DNA of 63,999 nucleotides, counting the filler, from Phoronis australis (taxonomy: Eukaryota > Animalia > Phoronida): assembly GCA_002633005.1 (NCBI GenBank). It is 13 parts of 13 records of this genome, joined end to end, with 100 filler letters (N's around TTAATTAATTAA, not from the genome) between each part and the next. Parts side by side here need not be neighbours in the genome. Positions count along the whole stretch, not along the records: positions 1 to 5,888 come from NMRA01002257.1; positions 5,989 to 11,872 come from NMRA01002258.1; positions 11,973 to 16,289 come from NMRA01002627.1; 10 more parts are not named here. The stretch is one strand, 5' to 3'. The translations under genes were made by a program, and so were the position numbers. The notes below the pieces were generated by a model, which saw only the letters and a list, made by a program, of their open reading frames with translations, did not search any database and was not told the DNA's origin. Shown piece by piece: positions 1 to 11,974 of the stretch; the stretch's first letter is position 1, and each line of letters opens with the position of its first letter.

Positions 1-949
1 ATAACTATATATCTAATTAACACTCTGCATGCCCTCACAAACCTAACAGGGTATCCTAGCATTAACACTTGTAGCCTAGAGTCAAAAGGATGTTACTTAG
101 CACTTGGTACATATGAGAGAAGAACAGGAACAGAATTCACAACAGCGACATGGCGGTCGACCGCGTCACCATAGCTGTCAACCAGGTCACAGTTTAGACT
201 CCCTCGCTCAGCATCCACCACCTCACCACATATAATCGCTATTGCGACGAAGTCATCCCGTCCTTGACACCCGTTTTGGCCTTTCAGCGGCAGTAAGCTG
301 TGGGTCAATGCTTGTTCACCATGTCGTTATTTTAAGGGACTGGGTGACCACATTGCTTCCCTATGCGACAAGCTGGAACTTGCTAGAATGTGGTGAAATA
401 CCTGACACCATATCCCTATCCCTCTCATGGACCAAAACTCAACCAGGCCATTCACCTCGTGAAGCAACAACTGGACCGTCTTGTCATTGTTGTGAATTCT
501 ATCGCTCATTTGCTGCGATTAGTACAGCACCAGGTGCTAGACTCACTAATATATTTGTTATTATTGATTTGTGAGACAATTTCTATTTGACTGGCTGATA
601 TTTACAGACACACTGTGCAGTAAGTGGTAAGCCAACATGTTTCCACACACATCCCATTCAGTAGAGCAGTGGATGTCATTGGGATATGTACTCCGTACCA
701 AATCCAATGTTGGGCTTCCAGATAAGTTATCATTGACCGGAGGGCCAGCAACTCCTATTTGCAGTGTAGCTATTCACAGACAGCATCCAACTGGGGGTCG
801 CATATTCTTCTTGACACCCCACTGAGTGGCATGGTGCAGGGATCGATCTGCATGCCATCACACGATCCCTCACAGTCAGCCATGGGGGAGTTGAAGTCAC
901 TGGACTCCCACAGTCACTCTATGTAACCCCTTATGTAAATTGTATGCCT

Positions 950-3387
950 TCACACTGTTCCTTTCTGTGCCATTTCTTCTTTATTCTGTCTTGTTCTCAG
1001 GTCTCGCTTCAGCCGGTTGGCGCGGTCACGGTGCCGGCTATAGCCGACGATGCTGGACGCGGCGTCAACACAGCTCTGCGCATAGATTATACCTTCTCGA
1101 TACAGCTCCTGTTCCTTGCAAGCGTTCGCCAAGCCCAGCAGGGAGTCCAGCAGCGTCATGCTGACTGTGCCCCCTGACCTCTTCTCCACCTCGTAGCCTT
1201 TCGTGTAAAGGTCAATAGCCTCCTGGTTGTGCTCCGGATCGTTGAAGAGCAGAGCAAGCTCCGCCGCCTTGTTGTAATTGGCACCAAGATGGGGAATGTC
1301 TTGTCGTCCTTCGTGCAGCTCCCTCTCTATCAGCTGCAGCATCTTCTGGCTGTGCACTTCGCCTTCAGCAAAGAGCTGCGCCCGCTCGGCACACGGCATC
1401 ACCTCGAGCTGTATAAAATGGACGCAGCACTGAATAAGCTGGCGCCGACAGAGTATGCAGTGGTTGGCGTCTTCACGTAGACGACTCATGCGCAACACGC
1501 CAAACTGATAATAGTCCTTCTCGTCCGACAGTAGCTCTGTGTACATGTATTTAGCGTGCTCGAGATCATCCTGGAACTCCTTGCGCGTTTTACGTCCGCC
1601 CTCGATGTTTAGATACAATAGGGCATTGCGGTCAACATAGATGTGGTGCGCCAAGCTGACACTGAACTTTTTCTGGATCCGGTCGCATAGACTTGCCGCC
1701 GTCTCCAAATCACGAATATAGTCTTTAATTTTCGGCACCTCGCTCGGCGCTAACCGGCTCTGTCGGAAGTAAAGCCGGCCATATGTGTACAACACAGTCA
1801 CTATAAGTTCCGAGAAGATCACCTCACTCAACAATTCCAACGGTAACGCTGCCTTAAAACTCACCAGCTGCTCGTACAGCTCCATGGTGACGACGCCATT
1901 TTCTGGCCACTCGACGGACCGTTTCGTTTCCGACAGCTTTTTCCTGATCACTTCAATCTCGGTGGGTTTGAGCTGTTTTCCTATAACAATCCTCAGCGCA
2001 ATTGCTTGAAGCACCATCATGTTCTCCTTATCATTCTGAACATTTTCGATCCGCTCCAAGATGAATTTCGACTTGTAAGCCGCGATATAAGGAGTTGTGA
2101 CCGGTTGGCTCATAGCACCATCCCCCTTGTTATTGTTGTTGGCAATGGCAGTCATAGCCTCCGCATCTAGCTGGTCCTCCGGGCTGCCGAGTACTTCATA
2201 GATCATCTGCTTGGCAGTAAGTAGGTGAGCCTCGGCTTGCTGTACATGGCCACGCTCGCTACAGTCCTCAGCCAGCACTTGATGGCAATGGACCAAGAAC
2301 AGCTTGGTCTCTAGATTCAGCGATTCTGCCTCGATCTGTCTTAACACAAGGAAGACGTGAGGCTCCAAGAGGGAGTTGGTATGGAACATGGCCGTGTTGC
2401 CACGGCCATACCGCTGGTTGCGCTCAATGTGATTCACGAGCAGAGAGAAACAGTCATTAAGTAATGTGGTGCGTCGTTCAGGTGTCAGCTCACTCCATAA
2501 GACATGCTGCAATGCGCGATGACACGTGACTAACACAAGGTCACTGAGAGCGTGTTCCGACAACAGCGCCATTGTCTTAAGTATGTCGACAAATTCTCTC
2601 GTCTCGGAGCCGCAAATGTCAGTTACTAGGAACATAGGAATGTCACAGGCCTGCAAAAACGAGGCCTTGGCGAGCCGCCGCATGCAGTTGCCATAGAGAC
2701 CAGCGCTCAGTACGTTGACAGAGACAACCAGTGCTTTGAGCATCTGCTGGTCGACATCTTTGAAAAAGTCCTGGTCGCTTTGGTCAATCTCTGAATTCTC
2801 CAGGTATTTGAGACTACGGATGTACTCCTGAATGTTCACGCGTCCATCCGAATTAACAATGTACGAGCGTGCCAGCGCCAGGCTAAAGGGCAGATTGTGC
2901 AATTCCTCAATGAGTCGCAGAACGTTCACAGTCGCCTCCTCCGTGAAAGTCACTTCCTCTTTGAGGAAGTTGATTGCCTCCTCTTTCTTAAATCCGCGCA
3001 CAAACATTATGAAGGGCTCCTCGCTCAGCACATTTTCCGTCGACGTGATCACCGACGTGAACCGTGCCCGGTTCTTCAAGCGACATTCCAGTACCGGCGC
3101 TACACTTGCGGCGACATCGTCAAACACAAAATAACACGAGATGTTCTTCTTCTCAAGCTTGGCAAGAACGCGGTCCAGAAACATTCCCAACACATCGCTA
3201 TCCGAGGTTCCTTGCTCCACGACGTTTTTTATATCGAACTGTAAGTGCTCACATAGAACTTCTAAGCCGTAGGTGACTGTTTCGAAAACACGAGCATTAA
3301 ACATCCACGCCACCGTGACTTCTTTTTTGGAGACCATGTCATCGCCGATTTTCAATGCCAGCTGAGTTTTGCCTGAGCCTCGCAGAC
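950..3387 (-). CDS. Terminal exon of a STAND (NB-ARC/APAF-1-like) NTPase with winged-helix and C-terminal TPR-like helical repeats (NLR-like protein); N-terminal exon(s) not found
   Basis: The 801-aa ORF extends upstream to acceptor tttcag| at 3390-3388, giving (G)LRGSGKTQLA = Walker A. Other motifs: CYFVFDDV = Walker B; SVITST = kinase-3/sensor-1; GFKKEEAINFL; ELHNLPFSLALARSYI = GxP/GLPL motif; VTCHRALQ = MHD-equivalent. C-terminal helical repeats (LGANYNKAAEL...EAIDLYTKGYEV...LLGLANAC...EGIIYAQSCV). Stop TGA at 952-950. Confidence 0.85.
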
Positions 3388-5413
3388 CTGAAACAGATAC
3401 GAAAACAATGAGTATAAATTATGTAACATAACATACAAAAACAGTCTAAACATCTAAAACATCAAACCTTTACTTTTGAATGCAGTTTGGTAGAAAAGTG
3501 GATTTTAGCCCAATTTTTTATCAGAATTTTTTATCTTCTTGTATATTTAGTTTGTGATTAACATTTTAATCAATTTTGATCAGTTGCAAAACTATAGCTA
3601 GCTAATTGCTCAGCACAACATGTGATTTGGCTTAAATTTGTTAAGTCAGTCGATATTCACACACTTGGTCCGTTGCGTGGTATAGTGCACTTTACTGCAT
3701 TTAGATAAGCAAAATAATAAGATTACACGATAATGCAGGAAATGAGTTCTTAATTTCCAAAAATATTCTACCCTGGGTTGATCCCCAAACCAGCCTAACG
3801 GAAGGAGGGACACCTTCTCCCAAACCTATCCCCTCTCCGGTGCTCAACTGCATTTCTGCCCCCTTTCAACTTTAGTAAGTGGAGGAACCTGACAAGGCAA
3901 ACTCTACCAGAGGCAGAACACACATATAGATTTTATTTTCTTCCAACAACAAACAGTTGATTAGATAAACTGACAGGACAGGTCAAGCCATAATTACTCA
4001 GACATAAGAGGACACTATGTGGAAGTTTTCTGACAAAATATTTATCCATTTTAAGGTCATTTATATATCCTTCACTATCACTAATCTATTGATGTTAATA
4101 ACATCTCCTCTCCCTTGACTAGAGAGAGCCCAGCATGGGAAGAGCAATGTTTATGGCAGAGATATTGATGTGCAGGCTATACATAAACCACATGCATGTA
4201 TGAATGTTTATCACAAGGATATTTTAGTCACACCTGATGTAATAGTACACAATATTGTGAAGGTCTAACATAGCAGTAGACTAGTTGTGAAATTTTAACA
4301 TAATGAGGAACATGACACTGGCCGGGCTACTTTCTGCTTACAGATACGTGCACCCAAACTTTGCTCAAATGGCAAAGAACCACAAAACTACGGTGGAAAC
4401 CCATCCATTTGGGACAAAAATTATTGCTAAAATTTCCGTATTTCTATTTTTAATAAGCTTACCACATCGTTGCAAAGGCTCAAAATTTTACCAAATTTTG
4501 TTTGCCAATAGCTATGCCATGTAAGCCATGCTCAAAGCAGATTTTCCTGAAAAGTTATTTTTGTAGCGTAATTTGACAAAATGAAATTTCACCAGTCTGC
4601 GAGTCCCAAACTGAAGAATTTTTACAGTATGTGTGAGAGCAGCTTCGTTCCTTGTTCAAGTTGTATTGAAAAAGACAACTTTTGAAATGAACCAGACGGT
4701 TGAAGGATGGAGACATTGTGAAATTGCTAAAGGTGTTCACAAGTCACTACAAAGACTACGACAGACTGGCTTTTATGAAAATTCATTTAAATTTTTTTTA
4801 AAATTAAAATCAATCGAAATTCACATTAGATCTCTTTAAAGTCAAGCTATGACCCTTCGAAGACTTGAAAATTCCCATACAACTACCGATAAACTTTACT
4901 AGATAACGCAAGACCTATCACAATACCAAGCACTTACACAGGTCATAAACACCTGACATTCATGTGAACAGCGATATCGGTGACATACAATCTACAATTT
5001 AGATAAATGTCAGTGTGATATGCAAGTGAATTCCAGGGCATCTACATGACTTGGCCACCTGAGGTCTGTTTCAGAGATTTTCGACTAAGTCAGAAATTTC
5101 ATTTTAAGTACGATAAAAATTCTTCAATAATTTTGTTCAAGGTCGAAATTTGAGAAATATAATCATGATTAACGCCAAAATCGCCCTTGTCCCGAATTCC
5201 AGAACGAAGTTTTCATCAAGAACAAACATAAAGTAAATCGTTAGTTTATTATTAATTTGTTTTGCACTGTGTCATAAAACAATATTTGATAACGTTCCTA
5301 ATATTTGCAGCATGGTAATCAGCCTTCGGATCACGGAAAATGACAATTTTGGCAATTGTGTTTGAACAAAATCACCAGTGAATTAAGGACTTCCACGTGA
5401 CTTGGAAGTCTGT

Positions 5414-5847
5414 GCCCCATTGCATGAGACAGTCCCAAATAGGGGCTCAACTAAGTTCCCTAAATGTTTTGCAAATTTGTTTCATTCTTTACTCACAGAT
5501 ATAATATTTATCTATCATTTTAGCTTCATTATGTGCTCTTCTTTGACTAATGACATTTTCTAATAATGTAATTAAAAACTGACCCCTTAATTTATTCAAA
5601 ATAATTACGAACTTAGTCCTTAAAATACAGGAAGTTGCACAAAAAGATCCCTACTTATTTTCACTAACATATACAGAATTGAACGTAGAGTTCACTCTCG
5701 ATTTGTATCAAAGTCAAACATTGACTTAGTAATTAAACTAACACAGCATAAGAAAGGACAATCAGTGTTTCCACTAATCCACAAATACGTTGTAGATTTA
5801 GGGAACTTAGTTGAGTCCCTATTAGGGACCGTTTCATGCAACCAGGC
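5414..5847. mobile_element. MITE (~434 bp) with ~50-bp imperfect terminal inverted repeats, probably PIF/Harbinger-like
   Basis: ttgcatgagacagtcccaaataggggctcaactaagttccctaaat (5420-5465) is the near reverse complement of atttagggaacttagttgagtccctattagggaccgtttcatgcaa (~5796-5841). AT-rich non-coding interior; TSD not clear. Confidence 0.7.
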
Positions 5848-5888
5848 AATGATTTCCAAACAGCATAGGTGGCCTTGCCTTGAGATAC

Positions 5889-5988
5889 NNNNNNNNNNNN
5901 NNNNNNNNNNNNNNNNNNNNNNNNNNNNNNNNTTAATTAATTAANNNNNNNNNNNNNNNNNNNNNNNNNNNNNNNNNNNNNNNNNNNN
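5889..5988. other. Artificial contig spacer (44N + TTAATTAATTAA + 44N). Identical spacers at 11873-11972, 16290-16389, 28926-29025, 43940-44039, 46131-46230, 49089-49188, 52874-52973, 54288-54387, 58003-58102, 60950-61049, 62891-62990
   Basis: Twelve identical 100-bp blocks, each with a linker that places stops in all six frames. Confidence 0.98.
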
Positions 5989-7204
5989 TTGTAGAGCCTA
6001 GTCTCAGTGATAACGAACCATCAGTTGTTTCCAAGCCCTCAAACCACCTATAAGTTTTATAGCTCTCAGTGGTCTAAATCAAATTGATTTTGATGCAAGG
6101 GGGTTTAACAGTGGTTTTCAATGTATTTTTGTCTTAGCTGGAGTTGTGTAGATTACCCAGCAGTGTGTTAACATCTTGACATACTTCAACTTCTTGGTCA
6201 ATTGATTGAGGCAATTTCTTGGCCTTACATAAAAGTGCAAGTGATCGTCCATAGTTATTAATAATTTCAACAGCATACAAAACATACTTTTTCACAGATC
6301 TCCCCCTTAAGGTTATTTTAGACCTTATTAAAAATAAGCATATTTATCTAAATGTCTACAAAACGGTAGAATTTAACTCATTAAAAGTATATATTCTTTG
6401 AAAGTATAAAGCCTGTAACATTTGATATTTGACTTTTAACCAATCTGCAATTGATTGGATCACGTGACCATGTTATTTTAGTAAAGTTTCCCAAAAAGAA
6501 AGGTATATTGATAGTAAAACAATGGTATTCATAACATGACCAAATTTCATTTGATGCAAATGTTCGTGATGAAATCTCAAAAACACTGTTTTCTAGTTAT
6601 CATTTTATTTTTGTCATAAAAATGAATAGCATTGAATGAATTTTTCATCAATTTCATTAGTGCTGTATCATAGCAACCAACAGACATTTTGAGAAATTGT
6701 GGACAGTCACAACAAATTTAAAAGCCTTTGAAATGTGAAAAAATTCAATTTTGGCAATTATTTTTGTACAAAATTGCTGAGGTTTTAGAGTAGGCAAAAT
6801 GTTTATTTGGTGCTCTGTATCTGTGATAAATGAGACATTGCAAATCGTCTTGTTCATCATAGTGTGTCCTGGATGGATTTTATTGTTCAGTAATAAATAT
6901 TTCTGAAATCATAGTCCACTTGCTTTCGTTGATGGAAAGTTTAATACATTTGACATAAGTCTAAAAGTCAGTTTTATGGAAAGCATACGTTCAGTTGTTG
7001 ATAGGAAAGTGTTAGGCATATGACATTCAGCTCTAGGAAAGCACGAAACATGGCAGCCAACTTAGATTCAACTGCAGTCCATATCCACACTTAGTGACCA
7101 TCTTCATAAACACTTAAAGGAACTGTGTACAAATAAAGATTTGAGACTTTTAATAAAACTGCCTCTTTCAGAGTTCATCCACTTTATTTGATTGTGTTTT
7201 GCAG

Positions 7205-7274
7205 GAAATCAGTGTTGGAGAGGAGCTCCTGGTTTGGTATGAACTAGTCAAAACAAGGAAGAAGAAGAAAAATG
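7205..7274 (+). CDS. Small internal exon encoding the C-terminal end of a PR/SET domain (PRDM family)
   Basis: ttttgcag|GAA ATC AGT GTT GGA GAG GAG CTC CTG GTT TGG TAT...AAT G|gtaagt = EISVGEELLVWYELVKTRKKKKN. I..GEELLVWY is the PR/SET signature. The phase-1 end splices in frame to 7709. Confidence 0.85.
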
Positions 7275-7708
7275 GTAAGTTAATAATGTCTTCAGCAGTT
7301 AAATGGCAGTCTTAATACCGTGATTAGTGTGACAGGGTCATTTGCATGCAACATGTTAGGCATATTGAATCAAACACACTGAAGTTATTGGTGGTTTTGA
7401 TAGCACAGTCGGTCAAGTTGTGGTAACTGATGTTGACTTGGTGTTGTGTTAGTTGGCGTAGAACTGTTGTGAGCAGTCAGTGAGTCAGTGACAACGCCAT
7501 ATAAGAACAACATAGTTAAACAATAAGGAACAGTGTTGGCATAGCCCCTAAAAATGTTATGTCAACTTCATTTTTTGTTCGTGTATGATGGGGAGGCTCT
7601 AGGCCACCCTAAGTCCGCCTATGTAATTCTACACACTGAAGAAAACTAAGAACCTGTATTCAATGGAAAAGAATTCCGGACTAAATGTTTTCTTAAAACT
7701 CTTTGCAG

Positions 7709-10198
7709 ACACTCCTAAGAAGTCACTTGCTCAACCCAAGATATCTCCGGAAAAGCCTCAGACAGGCACTAAAAGTACTGACAATAAGGTTCCTAAGGGC
7801 TCACCCACTGCCGTCAAAGGGAAGAAGCCTTCCAGTAGCCCTGCGCAAGGACCCCCGAACAAAAAGAGCAAGATAGACACATCCTCACATAAATCAGAAA
7901 ATGGTGACACTGTGGTAAAAAAAACTGAAAATTCACCACCAAAATCTGGCGAATTGATTAAGAGACCACCTGATTCACCAGTTCGTGTGACTCCAAAACG
8001 AAAAAGTAAAAACATCCCATCCTATAACGAAACCATGCAGATAGCACTGCTACAGATTGCGGGAAACAACCTTCGCATAAAGCAATACGAAGCCGCTGCG
8101 GCCAAAGACAATTCGCTTAATGAGCAAACCGAAAATGGAGCTGAGTTGCAGGTTCAAAGTTCATCCAATGAGAAACGATCTGTTCATAGCAACTCGGGAG
8201 AAGATAGGCAGGTGAAATCTACAAAGAAAAGAGAAAAGAAGAAAAACAGAAACAAAAATGTAATCGGAAGGAAAAAACCAAAAGTAAAGATGGGAGTTTC
8301 TGTTGATAATGTAGAGAGTACAAGCAAAAAAGTTAAACGTTCTAGACAGTCTAAATCTTCACCTGGGCCATTGAAATCAGAAAATAAACCAGCTGAAGCT
8401 ACGAATGACAAACAAGAGACTCACCGTGTGCCTGATATGGATGACAGCTCTGGCAAGCTGTTTATGAAGGAATATAGGAATCGTAATCCATTGCCCAAGA
8501 CAGCTTATGTCTTCAAGTTAGAACAACATCACACGGCCACAGGCCGTATGGGACGGAAGATCTACAAGTGTGATATTTGCTCAGCTGTCTATCGGCAGGC
8601 ATTCAGTATCAAGAGGCACTATATACGTAACCATGTCAACTACAAGTACCTGTCGGAGATAGACTTGAAGAACTGCAACATTACACCTAGGATGGTCATG
8701 ACACAAGTTTCACGAATGAAGAAGGTCAGTGGTGAAGTGGATGAGGGCATAACAGAGAAGGAGCGCTGGATTGGTGGGAATATGTCTGCTGGTGGTAAGC
8801 AGGAGCGCCTGATTGGTGGGAGTAGCCCTGTTGACGCGAAGGAGCAGACCATAAAGGTTGGAAATAATATTGCTGGTGATACGAAGGTTGATGCCATTCA
8901 TTCAAGTTGTGGCAAGGGTGATGACATAACTAATGGAAAGGAAAATTGCTTGGGTGCTGGTGATAGACAGAAGATTGTGATTGGTAGCACTGACTGTGGT
9001 GATGCTAGGGACAGGATTCTGATTGGTGGAAAAGGCAATGTTAGCATTGAGGAAAATGTGTTTGGGGGCACTGGCACTGCTAGTGATAAAGAGGAGATTC
9101 TGGTTGGTGGAAAAGACGATGCGAGTAGTGAGGTGAAGCTGATTGGTGGCACTAACTTTGTTGATGGTAAAGAGAGGATTCTGATTGGTGGAAAGGATAA
9201 TGATACTAGTGAAAAGACTGTGACTGGTAGAAATGATTCTGATGATGGTAAAGCAGAGATACTGAATGATAAAGACAATTGTGTTGCTCTTAAAGATGTA
9301 CTTTTGATTTGTGAAACAGGTCAAGCCACAGAAAAAAATGTCACTAGTGAATCGGGGCGTGACATGGTAAATGATATGCACAAGAGTCCATCACATGGTG
9401 ACAGTGCAGGTCCTGACCTATCAAGTGATGGAGGTCAGAGTGCATTGGTAGGTAATGTTTCTAGTGGACACATTGATGCGAAAAATGGAGGTTGTACCTC
9501 TGGAGGTGGTGTGGGTGACATGTCTGCTGGTGAAGAAAATGTGGCTAGAGTAAGTAAACAAGAGCAAGGTGAAGACTGTGAAAAGTGTGATGGGAATAGT
9601 TTCAATTCTCCAACGGACACTACAGTTAGAAAATTTGCAGATTTGACTCAAAGTCAAAGCCTTGGCCCCTGTGATCAGGTAAACAATAATGACAGTGGTG
9701 TGAAGGACTCGGCACTGATCAAGGACTGTTGTATTGTGCAAGATAAGCAGAACAGTTGTGGCGATGGGTCAGTTGTGAGTGGTGCTGGTACAAGTTATTG
9801 TGAAATTGGTGAAAGTAGTGGTGACAAAGAGATTGGTAATAAGGTCTCAAAGAATTCTACAGAGTTGGTTAACAAGGATAATTCTTCCAAGGATATTGAC
9901 AGTGAGACCACATCCAAAGGTGATGTATCGGCCGTTGCGATAAATAGCAGTGGGAAAGAGGAAAAGCTTGGAAAGGACCATTCTGAGGGCTTAGTTCAAG
10001 CCAACAACAACGTGCTTCAGGGTCTGTATTACTGTAATATATGTGGTGACCTGTTTGATGCCCCGAAGGAGCTGCGGAGTCATGCCCAGAGTCACTCTGC
10101 TACAGAGAAGGAAGACGTCTATGAGTACAGCTGTAGCCAGTGTGACATGAAGTTCACCCAGAGGCAGAACCTGATGAGACACAGTGCAGTCCACACAG
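7709..10198 (+). CDS. Large exon of PRDM-type C2H2 zinc-finger protein (long low-complexity region, one isolated finger, then two fingers; continues downstream)
   Basis: Acceptor ctttgcag| at 7708 (G|AC = Asp). Fingers YKCDICSAVYRQAFSIKRHYIRNH, YYCNICGDLFDAPKELRSHAQSH, YSCSQCDMKFTQRQNLMRHSAVH. Donor CAC ACA G|gtaggg at 10198/10199 falls in the HTG linker. The ORF-track start 7663 and end 10227 are intronic. Confidence 0.85.
9010..9252 (+). repeat. Coding tandem repeat, 81 bp / 27 aa x3, with degenerate units upstream
   Basis: DRILIGGKGNVSIEENVFGGTGTASDK / EEILVGGKDDASSEVKLIGGTNFVDGK / ERILIGGKDNDTSEKTVTGRNDSDDGK starting at 9010, 9091 and 9172. Confidence 0.75.
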
Positions 10199-10492
10199 GT
10201 AGGGTTGAATGCATGTTTATTGCATAGATTCCGAATTGAGCTGTTGGTAAGAAATGTCCAAGAGCAAAATACACGTGTCAGAAGTGTGATTTTATTTTTT
10301 GTGAAATTTTCCTGCCGTATTGTCTTCATTGTTAACATACCAAGGTCTGTACCCTGTATCTAGCATAAGAAAAGAGTTGGCAATGCTTAACTTTGTTCAT
10401 TTGCAGTTAGATAGTTGGCTTTCAAAGAGTAGAAAAATACGTCTGGGCATAATTTGTTGGCAAAATAACTGAAGTGTTCTTGTTTTTTATTT

Positions 10493-11653
10493 TTATGCGC
10501 CCACATATTTATATGTGGTCGCATATTGCCGTCATCTCTGTCTGAGCGTCCGGTGTCCGGCGTCCACAGTTGTATCTCCTAAACTCCTCGCAGGATCTTG
10601 ATGAGATTTGGCAGATGTGTTCCTATGAAGCTGACTATGTATTTCGGAGCTATCCGAATACCAGTGTGCGCCCAAGTGGCAATTTTAGTTTTTTACATTT
10701 ACCTCTGTATCTTCGGAGGTCCTCAACGGATTTTCATAAAATTTGGAGGTTAGGCATCTATTAGTGAGATGATGCTATTCTCCCGTTTTTTGATGGATTT
10801 GAGGTACTTAGCGCCACCTAGTGGCCATTTTCACTGTTTTCTAGTCTGTTTTTCAGCGTCCACCCTTCTGTCAAATAAACCGCTTTAGGGATGATTTTGA
10901 AAATTGGCATTATTATGTTCTTATTATGAAGAGTGCAGCTGACGATTTTCCGACTACTTCGACTACTGTGGCGCCTCCTAGTGGCAATTTTGTTGGTTTT
11001 TGCGCCTATGGCTGTGTTTCCTAAGCCCTCAGTAGGATCTTTATTAAATTTAGCAAGAGTATGAATATATGAACTTGACAACAAACGACGATGACTTTCG
11101 AACAGATCGGACTAATTTTACCCAAGTCTGTATCTTCAAAGGTCCTCAACGGATTTTCATAGAATATGGCAGTTAGTTAGTGAGTTGTCGCTATCTGGTT
11201 TTCCATTTGATTTGTGATATTTTGTACCACCTAGTGGCCATTTTTACTGTTTTTGAGTCTTGTTATTTGGCGTCTGCCCCTCGGTCAACCAAACCACTCT
11301 AAGGATGGTTGTGGAAATTGACATGTATGTTCCTAATGTGAAGAGGAGGTCTGACGATGAGTTTCTGAGGACTTCATCTTCTGTGGCACCTCCTAGTGGC
11401 AGTTATGCTTTTTTTGCGCCTATAGCCTCCTAGTGGCAATTTCATTTCTTTCATTTTCCTCGGTTTCTCAGACGTTTCTTGATGGATTTTTGTGAAATTT
11501 GGTAGCTTTGATGACACATGCCAGTTTTCGGATGGATTCGACATATTTTGCATCATCTAGTGGCCATTTTTATGATTCAAATAAACACCCCTAGTAGCAC
11601 GCCATATGCGGTGCATTTGTGGGCGCATTTCTACGATCTGTGTCACTCTTGTT
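10493..11653 (+). mobile_element. DINE-1/HINE-like non-autonomous Helentron, structurally complete copy, in an intron of the PRDM gene
   Basis: 5' subTIR ATGCGCCCACA (10495-10505) with adjacent inverted copy TGTGGTCGCAT (10514-10524), then a GTCY-like tract (gtctgagcgtccggtgtccggcgtcc), internal ~150-bp subrepeats with CTAGTGGC, 3' subTIR TGTGGGCGCAT (11618-11628) and terminal CTCTTGTT. T-rich insertion site. Confidence 0.75.
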
Positions 11654-11779
11654 ATATAAATGCTTTAATGTAGCTCTACATCCTTTAGCGTAGGCATTTC
11701 TGAACTTGGCTGTTCGGGAGCATATGATGTAAATTTGCTCGAACATACGCGAGAGAAGACTTTTTCTCTCTTTGGTTGC

Positions 11780-11850
11780 CACCAATTCCACCCCTACCAT
11801 ACCAATTTTACCCCTACCATACCAATTTTATCCCTACCATACCAATTTCA
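11780..11850 (+). repeat. 21-bp minisatellite (accaatt[ct][ct]acccctaccat) x~3
   Basis: Direct reading at the contig end. Confidence 0.6.
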
Positions 11851-11974
11851 ACTCCCCCCCAGTCTCTACCAANNNNNNNNNNNNNNNNNNNNNNNNNNNN
11901 NNNNNNNNNNNNNNNNTTAATTAATTAANNNNNNNNNNNNNNNNNNNNNNNNNNNNNNNNNNNNNNNNNNNNTG

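Noticed and set aside
4938-4991. Candidate upstream exon of the NB-ARC gene (minus strand, tag|...|gtaagt)
   Set aside because: The frame needed for a phase-1 join contains a TGA and would give Cys, not Gly, at Walker A.
7758-10338. Antisense ORFs over the PRDM exon (likewise over the NB-ARC and PKS exons)
   Set aside because: Shadow ORFs from codon bias of the sense gene; no domain signal.
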